Shown: positions 9,364 through 21,800, counted from the first letter of the stretch. The stretch is DNA of 32,000 nt from Candidatus Saccharimonadota bacterium (GCA_004563595.2 CP042461.1:720001-752000), one strand, 5' to 3'. Notes: a model not told the origin generated them from the sequence alone. Program-made: numbers and translations.

Positions 9364-9756
9364 TTATTTTTCGCTTCATCAAAGGAGATCTGAAACATCT
9401 AAGTTTCTCTTTTTTAAGTCAGTATTGAGATTAATAATTTCTTCATCTTTTATACTCTCAATTGATCAATTCTGAATAATCGTTCCAGAGATATTTCACT
9501 TTAACCCCTCTAAGACATTTTTAATTTGCCCAATCTTATCTGAACTAAAATTCATATTTGTGAGATCCATAGATAAAATTTCTGACTTAATCATTGAATG
9601 TTTTTTACAATTTGGACATTCAATATCTATATTGATCGTGCTTCAAGCAGCACCAATAACATCAACATTATTATCTTGTACATCATGAGAACATTCAGGA
9701 CATTTATATGTCTGAACTAAAGAATCTATCATTCACTTTAATGCTTTAAAATTCAT
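9364..9756 (-). CDS. hypothetical zinc-ribbon protein (130 aa)
   Basis: Two CxxC pairs are present, YKCPECSHD and IECPNCKKH. The table-25 frame of 393 nt is continuous. Confidence 0.55.
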
Positions 9757-9856
9757 AGTCTGAAAATTATTTATTAAACATAATCTGCGAATATTATATC
9801 ATAATCTATTCTCCCTTTCAAGCTTTTTTACAATATTTATGTTGACGAATCCTATT

Positions 9857-11338
9857 TTACTGTCACAAAGTTTTTAAAGTATTTTCTAGTCTCTTAATTG
9901 ATGTATCAAGCCCCAATATATACATCATTTCTAAAGCTCCAGGTGAAAATTCTTCTCACGATAAAGCTACTCTTGTTGGCCATAAAACTTGTCCGTTTTT
10001 CATTTCTGCTTCTTTGATTTTTTCAACAAATACATTTTTTACATCATCCACAGATTCAAAATCAGATGATTGAGATTGTAATACATTTAGAGTAAGTTCT
10101 AATCATTTTTTTACAATATCTAAGTCTGTGATTTTCATTTTTTCATTCATCAATAAATCTGATGATGGATTTTTAGCATCCCCGTAGAAGAAAGTTGTTA
10201 AATTTTGTAGTTCATCAAACTTCTTTATTCTTCATTTAAGCTCTGATAATATTTTTTTATTATATTCTTCTGGAAAACTTTGAAGCAGATCATAAAAATC
10301 TGAATTATATCTTTTTAAGTAGGTTAATAGTTTATTATAAATATCTGAAATATCAGATTTTTTTAAATAATTTGAATTAAAGAAATCTAGTCTTTCTACA
10401 TCAAAGATAGCACCTGATTTATGAACTTGTTTCAAATTAAATTTCTCAATTAATTCATTAATGGTAAAAAATTCATCTGTAGTTTTTGGGTTCCAACCAA
10501 GAAGTGCAATGTAGTTAATAAGAGCCTCGGTTAAATATCCTTTTTCTAAATATTGTTCAACGGCTACATCTCAAGTTCTTTTCGAGAGTTTTTTCTTATC
10601 ACTTCAAAGTAAAAGTGGAATATGTGAAAAAACTGGAGCTTCCCATCAAAAAGCTTCATACATAAGTACATGTTTTGGAGTTGATGGTGTCCATTCATCT
10701 CATCTTATTACGTCAGTAATTCACATTAAATGATCATCTACTACATTTGCAAGATGATAGGTAGGAAACCCATCAGATTTTAACAATACTTGTTCATCTA
10801 TATCTTTAGAATCAACCTCAATTTTTCATTTTACGGTATCATAGAAGATAACTTTTCTCGCTTCAGGAACTTTGAGCCTTACTGTATAGGGAATTCAACT
10901 CTCTAATTTTGCCTGAATTTCATCATCGGATAAATATCTACATAATTTATCATATTTTGTTGCCAATCAAAGTTCTTTTTGTTCTGTTCTAAGATTATCT
11001 AGTCTTTCACTACTGCAAAAACAATAATATGCTTTATCTTTTTCAATCAGTTCATCTATATATTTTCTATATATCTCCAGTCTTTCAGATTGATAATATG
11101 GTCATTTTTCTCATGGATTATTTGGTCCTTCATCTGGAATAAGTCAAACTGAAGCAAGTACATGAATCATATTTTCAATACTCCCTTCCACAAGTCTTGT
11201 TCTATCCGTATCTTCCACACGAAGCATAAACTTCCCATTATGTTTTTTTGCATATAAATAGTTATATAAAACAGTTCTCAAACTTCAAATATGTAAATAT
11301 CATGTTGGACTTGGTGCAAATCTTGTAATTACTGTCAT
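9857..11338 (-). CDS. gltX: glutamate--tRNA ligase (493 aa)
   Basis: HIGH motif is RFAPSPTGYLHIG, with both Gly encoded by TGA. KMSKS-type motif is [17 protein letters not shown] is also present. The frame matches track ORF 10232-10435. Confidence 0.92.
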
Positions 11339-11503
11339 TTTCTCTCTCTTTTAGGGAATTATTTTAGGTCTGTTTTTATAATAATAACTATTGATATTTT
11401 GTAAAGAGGAATAGCTATAAAATTATTATTTTTCACAAAAAAATTGTATTTTAAAAATAACTTTTATAATATGGATATAATATATATTAATAAATAGAGT
11501 AAT

Positions 11504-12127
11504 ATGAAAATCTTCTGAGAAAAAAGATCTAGAAAACAAATAAAAAGTATGTTAATCCCAACTGTAATCGATAAAACTCCATCATGAGATAGAGCATATG
11601 ATATTTACTCAAGATTATTAGAAGACAGAGTTGTATTCCTTGGAGAATGAATTGATAGTCATGTAGCGAACACTGTTATTGCACAATTACTCTTTCTTGA
11701 AAAACAAGATCCAAAAGCTCCAATTACTATGTATGTAAACTCACCAGGATGACATGTAACAGCTGGTCTAGCCATTTATGATACTATGCAATATATTAGT
11801 TGTCCAGTTCATACAGTTTCAATAGGGCTTTCTGCTTCAATGGGATCAATTATCCTATGTGGTGGTGCAAAATGAAAAAGATATTCCCTTCCTCATAGTG
11901 AAATAATGATTCATCAGCCACTTGGTTGAGCTGAATGACAGGCTACAGATATCAGACTTGCTGCTGAACATATAATCAAAACAGGAGAAAGACTCTATGC
12001 AATCATAGCAAAACATACTTGAAAAAGTATAGAACAAGTTGAAAAAGACTGTGATAGAGATAATTTTATGACAGCTGAGGAAGCATTAAAATACTGATTA
12101 ATTGATAAAATCATTCAAAATAAGTAG
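11504..12127 (+). CDS. clpP: ATP-dependent Clp protease proteolytic subunit (207 aa)
   Basis: Motifs seen: [25 protein letters not shown] (second Gly is TGA at 11750-11752), active-site GLSASMGS and IMIHQPLGG. Confidence 0.92.
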
Positions 12128-12150
12128 GTTTTCCCTACTTATTTTTATTT
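12122..12150 (+). terminator. rho-independent terminator after clpP
   Basis: Stem aagtagg (12122-12128) pairs with cctactt (12134-12140), followed by atttttattt. The hairpin overlaps the clpP stop codon. Confidence 0.55.
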
Positions 12151-12164
12151 CAAAAATATATTTT

Positions 12165-12932
12165 ATGCAATATTCAAAAATACATTCACATATTATTTGT
12201 TATAGCGCTTTTAAATATGCTCATACTGAAACTTTAAAAGAATTTTTAGTATCTCAAGAGTTAGAAGCTATATGTAAAAACCTTACAGAGCAAAGTGTAG
12301 TTGTTCTTGGTTGAGACGGTACTATGCTCAGAGCAATAAAAGAAAATTATACAAAGAATCTACCATTTTTATGAATCAACCTATGAAATAAGTGATTTTT
12401 ATTAAACGATAAAGGATATGTAACAAGAAATTCTACATATAAAAAAGAAGTCTTTCCAATCATGGAATGTGATATAGTCACTCAGGATAAAAAATATTCA
12501 GATATATTTATAAATGAAGCTAATATATCTGCTGGATGATGAAAAATGCTTGAACTCTGAGTAGAGCTTGGAAAAAGAAATCATTTTCATGTAAAAGGTG
12601 ATGGTTTATTAGTAGTTACGCCTCTGTGATCTACTGGATACAACACATCACTATGATGACCAATAATGGCGCATAGTACTCAGAACTTATCTATTACACC
12701 AAAAGCAATTTGGTTGCCAAAATCACAGCAATCTATCATTATAAATGATAATGAAGTTATACAACTGAATAACTCATGAAGGTGTCACTCAATTGAAATA
12801 TACGCTGACTGAAGAGAAATAGTAAAAACGGAGCATGAAACACATATAACAATAATAAAATCAGATATGAATCTGACTTTATTGATAGCAAAGGACTATG
12901 AAAATATTTGGGATAATAAGATATTAGGGTAG
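12165..12932 (+). CDS. nadK: NAD kinase (255 aa)
   Basis: VVVLGGDGTMLRA is present, with the second Gly encoded by TGA at 12312-12314. Also seen: LGINLGNKGFL and GDGLLVVTPLGSTGYNTSLGGPI. Confidence 0.9.
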
Positions 12933-12962
12933 TAGAATAATGAGGGATTCTAAAAAGTTTTC

Positions 12963-13853
12963 CTACCTCTTTCTCTCTCCAATATATCTCACGATAAATT
13001 CTAACTTCTCAGAATTAAGTTCTTTTGCAGAATTAAGACAATACTCAATAAGAGCCTCAAGCTCTTTTTTTGTTTTTTCAAGTCACATAAAATGTACAAA
13101 TCCTTTTTTTTCTCATCATACACTTTTCCCTGTATCTTTGAGTGACCCTTCAATATCTAAAATATCGTCTTTGATTTGAAAGGCAAGTCATATCTTTTCT
13201 CAAAAAATAGAATATTTTTCTATATCTGAATTACTATTTGCTACTATAAGAGCTCAAATAATTGAACTTTTAATTAAAGCTCCTGTTTTTTTATTATGTA
13301 AACCCACAAGATTATCATGTGTTAATGCTTCTTTATTACATTCAAAATACATATCATCAACCTGTCATCATACCATTCAATAAAAGCCTGTATGAGAAGA
13401 TAGGAGTTGCACTAAGCTTATTGCTATTTTTGGATCTGATATTTGAGAAAGTATTTCAAAAGAAAGTGTATTTAATAGGTCTCATGCAAGAACAGCTTGA
13501 TATTCACCAAACTTTTTCCAAGTAGTAAGCTCTCACCTTCTATACTCATCATCGTCCATACAAGGGAGATCATCATGTATAAGAGAATATGCATGCATAC
13601 ACTCAAGAGATATAATAAATTTTACTATATCATCATCTCTATCAAGAGTCGATAGAGGTTTATTTGAAAATATTAAATAAATCTCTAAAGCAAAAATAGA
13701 ACGGATTCTTTTTCATCATTTCGTAGCATACAAAATAATATCTTTGAATTTTTCAGATCAAATACAAACCTTATTATTAAAATAAGTTTTCAAATAAGAT
13801 TCTATTGATTTATCAATGAAGCTTTTATAATCAGAATACCAAGAAGGAAGCAT
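12963..13853 (-). CDS. ispA: polyprenyl (farnesyl/geranylgeranyl) diphosphate synthase (296 aa)
   Basis: First Asp-rich motif is [17 protein letters not shown]. Second is [16 protein letters not shown] is also present. Product chain length cannot be determined by eye. Confidence 0.85.
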
Positions 13854-13875
13854 ATATTAAAATTGAGTTTAAAAA

Positions 13876-14553
13876 TTATTTTCAAAAATTTCTTTTTGAT
13901 GAGGAGAATCTATCACATACATTTTGTAATTCTTCTCTATTAAATTCTGGCCACTTCTTTTCAGTAAAATAGTATTCAGAATAATCAGAAGAGTATAACA
14001 AAAATCAACTATGCCTAATGTCTCACCCAGTTCTTACTATAACATCTGCTGGTGGGTACTTTCAAGTATCTAAATAATTTGTAAATGAGCTTTCATCCAA
14101 GTTATCTATATCTCATCCCTCAGAGATAAACTTCTTTATTCATCTAATAATCTCATTTTTTCAACCATATACCAGAGCCAGTACAACTGTAATTTTATGA
14201 TTTTCTTTTGTTTCTTCTACGAGTTCATTTAAAACAAGTTGAGATTCGTTAGGTAGTTTATTTATATCTCAGATTAATTCAATTTTTGCTCAGTTTTTCA
14301 TCAAATTTTTCAAATATTTTTTTGCTCAGTTTATTATTTTTATAATATCTTTTACCTCGGTATCACTTCTTTTTATTAAATTTTCTGTACTTAATCACCA
14401 AAAAGTAATATATTCTATTCACTGCTCTATAGCAGATTCAACCACTTTTTCAATATTTTCTGCTCAAGCCTTGTGTCACATGACAGATGGCAAGAATCTC
14501 TCTTTTGCCCATCTACGATTTCAGTCCATTATAATTCAGAGATGTTTTATCAT
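13876..14553 (-). CDS. uppS: undecaprenyl (di-trans,poly-cis) diphosphate synthase (225 aa)
   Basis: Motifs seen: MIKHLGIIMDGNRRWAKE, ITFWGLSTEN and VIVRTGGDIRHSGFLLYSSDYSEYYF. Confidence 0.9.
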
Positions 14554-14567
14554 TTATCAGTATATAA

Positions 14568-16319
14568 TTAATTTAATATCAAATGGTCAACGCTTGCAAG
14601 ATCGTAAAATTTTCATTCTTTTTCCATTAAGTCATCATAACTTCATGACTCTACTATTTCTCATTTCTCAAGGACGAATATTCTATCTACGTGTTTTATA
14701 GTACTGAGTCTATGAGCTATGATTATAGAAGTTCTTCACTTCATGAGTGTATCAAGAGCCTTTTGTATAAGTTTTTCAGTTTTATTATCAAGTGCTGAGG
14801 TCGCTTCATCAAGGATGAGTATTTTTGGATTTTGGAGGAATAATCTTGCAATAGAGAGCCTTTGTTTTTCTCATCAACTCAGTTTTAATCCCCTTTCTCA
14901 AATTACAGTATCAAGTCAATTCTCTAAATCAAAAACAAAGTTTGCATTTGCCTTGTTAAGTGCACTTTCTAATTCTTTCTTTGTAGATTTAGGGTTTGCA
15001 AAGAGTAAGTTTTCTCTAATACTGAGATTGAATAAACTATTGTCTTGAGAGACAACTCAGATATGCGACCTAAGAGATTTTTTATTAATCTCTTTAATAT
15101 TATGATTATCAATCATAATCTCTCAATCATTTATATTCCAAAATCTTAATAATAAGTTAATTATTGTTGATTTTCATGCGCCAGTACTTCAAACAAATCC
15201 TATTTTTTCTCCTGGAGTAATTTTAAAGTTTATTTTTTTTAAAACTATTTTTGATTCTAGATATCAAAAGCTTACATTATTAAATGTAATATATCACTCT
15301 ATAAATTTAATTTTTTTTGACTTTTTCGTATCCTCATCCAGAGATACATTATCAAATTCACTATGAAGTTTCTCAATTGAAGTAAGATATTCAGATACAT
15401 CTCTTAATCTCATAAATATATTTCACAAGGGAAAATAAATCCATCAAATATATGAAAAAAACAAAAATAACATGGCTAATGTAAGTGTTCAATGAATCAA
15501 AAAGTACACTCAAAATCATAATACTAACATTCTTGATATCATGACTAAAGTTCAAGTATATATATATGAGAAACTCCAAAGTTTCATTAAATGGGTCTGT
15601 TTTCAATATAAATAATCAAGTTTTGATGAGATAGATTTTAAAAAATTTTTTTCTAAAACTAAATTTTTTGTAAGTGCAAAGTTACTAAGAATATTTCATA
15701 TATCTCAAAATATAGACTCCCATTTATTAGTTAATTTTCTCTGATCTGGGATTAATCTTTTGAAAAATAATAAATTAATTATTACCATAAATGGTAGCAT
15801 AGATAAAACTAAAACAGCCATCCTAACATCAAAATACATAAGCAGAATAATAATAAGAATTATTCATGTTAAGTCTTTTATAATTTCTCAAAAGAATAGG
15901 TACAATAATCTTTCTTGTCACATGCATCATCTATCAAATATTTTATATAAACTTCATTGTTTTTTTCATAAGTATTCTCAATAAGGCATATTTATAATTA
16001 CATTCGCATATTTTTTATTCAAATCAACATAGTTTTTCATAATCGATTTTGACATCAGAGAATATCTATAAAAATATTGAATAATTATACTAAATAATAT
16101 AAATAGAGCCCAGAATCATATATACCAAATTAATTCTTCAAAATCAAATGTTCATGCTGAGTAAAATATTTCAACTTTTTTAATAATTTGAATAAATATT
16201 AAAGGTTCCAATACAGTAATAAAAGATACGAATACTCAAAAAAACAGTATGAAAATAAATTTTCTCATTCATACTGTTTTGATAAAACTTTCAAATATTT
16301 TTTTTATTGTCTGTTGCAT
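14568..16319 (-). CDS. ABC exporter, fused permease/ATPase (MsbA-like, 583 aa)
   Basis: The N-terminal half is a transmembrane domain. The ABC signature and Walker B read [27 protein letters not shown]. The H-loop region is [11 protein letters not shown]. Confidence 0.88.
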
Positions 16320-16327
16320 TATTTTAT

Positions 16328-17347
16328 TTAAACAACTATTTTATCTTCTGGATCAATAACTACTTTTTTATATACTGAAAGTTTTTTATTTTTATTCACC
16401 ATATATAATATTGGTGAAGCTATGAAAATAGATGAATATGTTCATACAATCGTTCAGAATATCATAACCAGCACAAATCCTTTAATAGTCTCTGGACCAA
16501 AAAAGAAAATAGTAATCAATACAAATGCAAGAGTAAGACTCGTATATATACTCCTCGTCACAGTTTCAGTGATAGAAAGATCTACAATCTCTTCTAAGTT
16601 TTTTGCATCTTTTCACGTTTTCCCTCAGAATTGTTTTAAGTTTCATCTAATTCTATCAAATACTACAATAGTATCATTAATAGAGTATCAAAGTATAGTA
16701 AGAAGAGCTGTAACAAAAAATGTATCTATTTTAAATTCTGGGAAGAATGAAGATATACCTACATATAATCAGGTTGATATTAATACGTCATGGAAAAGTG
16801 TAATAATAGTAATAACTGCAAAAGACCAGATACTTATACCTCATATAACTCATGAAAAAGCATATGTTACATAGATTGCAATTGCTACAATGGCAATAGC
16901 AAGAGTGAGGATTGCTGTATCTTTTATATAATCTCAAAAACTTTTTCAAATATTTACATATTTTGCTTCAATGGCAGAATCATCTTGTGCTTTAATTATG
17001 GCAAGAGTTTTTGCTCTGAAATCTTCCTTTAAAGTATCAAGGGTTTTATCATCAATATCATTATAAAATCATACTACAGCTGAGAGAGTATTTTCTCATG
17101 TAATTTTATATGCTGAAGTGTTATTAATCACTTGTTTCCCATCGTTTAAAAAACTTTCAGACTCGGTTTTTAAATCTTTTTGAATAGCTGTGATATCGAT
17201 ATTTTTTGAATAGTTATAATCCATTTGGATTCATCAAGTCATATCAATTCATAGATTTAATTTTCAAGCGAAAATAAGAAAAATAGATATAATGAGAAAA
17301 ACAGCTGAAATAGCAACGTAGATCTTACTATTTTTTACAATTTGCAT
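16328..17347 (-). CDS. secF: protein-export membrane protein SecF (339 aa)
   Basis: Motifs seen: GIDMTGG, TILGYSINDTIVVFDRIRGN and TETVTRSIYTSLT. No adjacent secD. Confidence 0.85.
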
Positions 17348-17479
17348 TAGAGATACATTAAAATATAAAAGTTGCAATCATTTTAAACAAAAACTCAAAA
17401 AAGCAAGAAATAACTTGTAAAAAAACAAAAATCTGATAGAGTTTGAGCGAAAAAAATTAAAAATAAAACAAAAAATAAC

Positions 17480-18244
17480 ATGTTGAAAAATATATTCAAA
17501 AAAATAATACATATTTTAAATATCATACTTATTTGACTGAGTTTTTCACTCGCTCTTATTGCTCTGTTTAAGAAGGAATGGATTGAACAATTTATTGAAT
17601 GGATGAAAGTTCTGATTGATTGACTTTGAATGTGGAATTATTTAATAGCATGACTGAGTAGTCTCATTGAATCTTTTCCTGTCTTAGGAATCGTAGTACC
17701 CTGACAAAATATTCTTCTGATTGTCTGATGATTTTTTGGAAATATCAGTACTACTAACCTCATATATGTTGTTATTATCGCTTCTATCTGAGCAATAATA
17801 TGAAACTATATTTGATATCTCCTTTGAAAATACTTTTGAGATTCGTTCTTTAAAAAATACTGACTCTGGTTTGGTATCTGACTTACAGAAGTAAAGTACT
17901 TAAAAAAATGAATTGATAAATGGGGACCTCTGTGAATCATTCTTTGAAAGTTTCACCCAATGACAAGATCATTTCTTCCATTTATAGCATGAAGCATGTG
18001 AATGCATTCTGCTAAATTTATGCTCTATAATATAATTTGATCAATTATCCGGGCAACGGTTATAATAGTTTTATGAGTTATATTTGTAGCGTATTATAAA
18101 ATAATCCTAGAACACTTAGGAACTGTAATGATCTGAGTTATGGCACTTGTTTGATTCTATATATATAAGTTTAAAAGAGTTGAGTTTAAAAAATATATGG
18201 ATGAAAAAAATAAAGAATTTGAAGAAATATCAAAAAAGAAGTAA
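17480..18244 (+). CDS. DedA/SNARE-associated family membrane protein (254 aa)
   Basis: Motifs seen: ESFPVLGIVVPGQ, GNYIGYLLGKYFG and HPMTRSFLPFIAG. By hand count, 23 of 28 Gly codons are TGA. Confidence 0.85.
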
Positions 18245-18267
18245 TAGATATTACTTCTTTTTTTTTG
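18236..18267 (+). terminator. rho-independent terminator after the DedA gene
   Basis: Stem aagaagtaata pairs with tattacttctt, followed by a 9-nt T-run. Confidence 0.65.
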
Positions 18268-18313
18268 TAAACGTGAGGTCAAAATTAATATATTTTGTCT
18301 TAAGTCAGGTAAA

Positions 18314-18512
18314 ACCTCTCACTTGAATTCTCTCCCCTTAACAGGGGAAAGAGGCTACATGTTCATATTATATTGAAAAAATATTGAGTTCTCACTTCGA
18401 AGTTCTTTATTTTAAGATAAATATACCCAATTAAATAAAACTAAGTTTAAATATAGTTTTATAAGATGCAGCCCTTTTCTCCTGATAAGGAGAGAAGATT
18501 CAGATGAGAGGT
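18314..18512. repeat. MITE-like element: 47-bp imperfect terminal inverted repeats around a roughly 105-bp AT-rich core
   Basis: The left arm (18314-18360) is acctctcacttgaattctctccccttaacaggggaaagaggctacat. The reverse complement of the right arm (18466-18512) is acctctcatctgaatcttctctccttatcaggagaaaagggctgcat. That is 37 of 47 matches. Each arm also folds into its own G+C-rich hairpin. Confidence 0.6.
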
Positions 18513-18753
18513 GAAAATACAGGCATAGCGAAGGATTGTAGAGTAATATATTGTAATATTCATTATAAATAGTTTTATACTTGATCTATTATCAAGTTTT
18601 TAACAAAGAAAAAAAATATTTTTTGTTCTTAATAAGTTTATTTATATCATCGTTTCGATGAAAAATAGATAATATTGTATAGTAATATAATGATTATATG
18701 AAACAAAGGAGGGAATTTGTGGGCCATTATTATGTAACCTATTTTTTTGTTGT

Positions 18754-18828
18754 ATGAAGACTTATCTAAAGAAAACCATATCATTGTTTTTAATTATTGC
18801 ATTTTTAAGTAGTAACCTTGTTTTTGCT
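18754..18828 (+). other. Sec signal peptide of the 1883-aa protein
   Basis: MKTYLKKTISLFLIIAFLSSNLVFA followed by ENDKK: basic n-region, hydrophobic core, and an A-x-A-like cleavage context. Confidence 0.7.
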
Positions 18829-21800
18829 GAAAATGATAAGAAAATAAGTAAAAAATTAACTGAAAAAGTTAAAACTATCAAAGAAAAGCAGAAGAAAAAA
18901 GAGAAGAAATTTGCTAAAGTAGTTTGAAAGGCAGATACAATTATCAAAAACTATCAGGAAAAAGTCAAAAAAAAATGAACTGGATATAATAAAAGAAATA
19001 AAGAAAAAATAGAGGCTGTTGTTAAAAAAGCAAAGAAAACAAAGCTAAAATTGATTGAAAGAGCAAATGAACTTTTAAAAGATAATCTTGAAAAAGATGT
19101 TGATGAAGAATTAGACTTATGAGTGATCACTTCAAAGGAAGCATGAGATCTCAAGCAAGAAATCCAGCCAAACTACCTCTTTGAGCTGCAAGAATTAGTA
19201 GGGACTGATATAGTTCCTGTAGATACGAATTTTTCAAACCAATGGGGGTTACAAAACATAGTAAATTGAGAAGTATGAAATAAACTCCTCTATACTTGAG
19301 AAAAAGTAACCGTTGCTGTAATAGATACGTGAGTAGATTTCTCTGTAGAAGATTTAAACTGAAAGCAGTGGAAAAGTGAAACTTGTGTAGATAGTGAATG
19401 AATAGCAATTCCAGGTTGATGTATGGAATGATGATATGATTTTGTAGATGATGATACCAATCCCTACCCAAGTGATAACTATACTCACGGAACCAATGTA
19501 TCATGAATCATCTGAGCAAATACAAATAATAGTGTTTGAATATCAAGTATCGCAAATGATAACGTTGAGATCATGAGTTTGAGAGCCTGTTGTGGTCAAT
19601 GAAACTTCTTCTGAGCGAATGATATTAGTAAAGCAATAAAATTTGCGGTGAATAATGGTGCTGATATTATTAATGCCAGCTTTGGTGGGCCTACGGATGC
19701 TCCTGAAATCAAAGAAGCTATAGAATATGCAAATAATGCATGAGTAACCATTGTAGTTGCTGCATGAAACTATGCTTCGAATAATGATACAAATCCAATG
19801 TATCCAGCAAATTATGCTAATGTGCTGAGTGTAGGATCTATAGATAGTACTGAAAATAGTTCATATTTTTCAAACTACTGAAATTCTGTAGATATTGCAG
19901 CTCCAGGCTCTACTGTATATACAGTAGATTTCAATAATACATATAGAACACTGGATGGGACAAGTTTTTCAACTCCTTTTGTTACCAGTGTTGTTGCGAG
20001 ATATAAATCTCAAGATGCCAGCTTATGAGTTGTTGATTTAAAAAATAAATTATTTATTGCTTCTATTCAAAATCCAGCTTTGAGTTGAAAAGTAAATAAT
20101 GGAATGCAGTTAAAGCTTGATGCGAGTAGTATTGAGAAGGCTTTGGTTGAGAGTGGAGAGGTTGTTGTGGAGGAAGAGTTTGATATACCCCTCCCTAACC
20201 CTCCCCTTCCAGGAGAGGGGACTTGAGGTGATGTTAGTTGAATAGAAATTGATGAGAGATATGTGAAGTTTATGAAACAAATTTCAAAGTTAAGAAAGTG
20301 AAAGATTTCTCAAGAAAGTACAAAGGATACGATAAGTCTTCAAGAAGTAAGTGAACTGGAAGCAGAGCTTCAGACTTTTATAACTTCTGAAAGAGTCAGG
20401 CTTCTTTCTATTAATGGAGTTGATGAACTGAAAATATCTCGTTATATATCATTACTCAACGATCAACTTGATCTCGTAAAAAACTATAATACTACTATTA
20501 ATAATGAATCCAACCAAACAACAGTACAAAGTAGCTCAGTCCAAGATTTTCAAGCATTTTCAATAGAAACCCTCTCAAATCTAGGAATAGAACAAAAAGA
20601 AGCTTCAAAAGATATTCAAACTCTTTCTGATATGAGTTCTTTTAGTTTCTGAGATAGCGTGGAGAATATAGGAAGGCTTTCAGATTATAAAATGATTTTA
20701 GAAAGTAGAGTTCCAACCTCATCAGAAGAAATATCATTTTTAGCTACAGAGTCTTTTGTCCCTGTTCAATTAGAAGACTTACAAGAGAATGAAGAAGTTA
20801 TCATTTCTTCAGACATACAAGACCTAGCAACAGAGTTACATAATAATCCTGTTTCTATATTTAATTATGTTAAAAATAATATAGAGTATGAACCATACTC
20901 AGGAGTAAAGAAAACATCTACTCAGTGTCTGAGAGATAGATCATGTAATGATTATGATAGCTCTTCCCTTCTTATATCACTCCTCAGAGCTTCTGGAATC
21001 CCAGCAAGATATAAACAAAGTCATATTCTCGTATGAAAAGACAATGTAAATAAACTCCTCTGAGTATCTGATATTAAATCAGCATATTACGCATTATCTC
21101 AAGGAAAAATTCCTGTATATATAATGAGCAATGGGAGTCCTATTGATAGCAATTTTGAAACTGCTGATTTCTCAGGAGTCACTCAACTCGTTGTAAAATG
21201 GACCTTTGCAGAAATGTATTATGACTATGATCATAGGTGAGCAAATCATAGTAATGATGTATATTTTTCTGATATTACTACTCAGGCTGAATTAGATACA
21301 AGGCTTGTTGATTACTCTAATAGAGAATGGTTAAAGATAGATCCAACTTTCAAGTTTACTCTCGTTTGAAATGAGGTTTCTGATTCTCATGTAATAGAAG
21401 ACTCTACCATTGATACTCACACATTCTTTGAATCATATTTACAAACCTGAGATACTGATTGAGCATTAGAAGCTTATAAAAAGAAACTTATAGAAACTTC
21501 TCCTGCAACTGATGATACAGAATTAGCTTTATACAATTTCAATAAAAATAATCAAAATACTCACTTTGAAATGCTTCCAGTTACTTTTCCTTATTCTCGT
21601 ATTACATGAACAACAAGCAGTGGAGTAATAATAGAAGATAGTGCTTTTTCTACTATCTCAGATACTGAAAAACAAAAAATAGAAATAGAATTGAAAGACT
21701 CAACTACTTGAAGCGTAGTTCTAAAAAAATCATATAAAGTTACTGAAATAAATAATATTCCTCTCGATCTTCATTATCAATGAGCAACTCAAGCTGATAT

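Noticed and set aside
12102-12164. The upstream extension of the nadK track ORF ([21 protein letters not shown]).
   Set aside because: It overlaps the 3' end of clpP and its terminator hairpin. ATG 12165 follows the terminator, and the NAD kinase homology begins after it.
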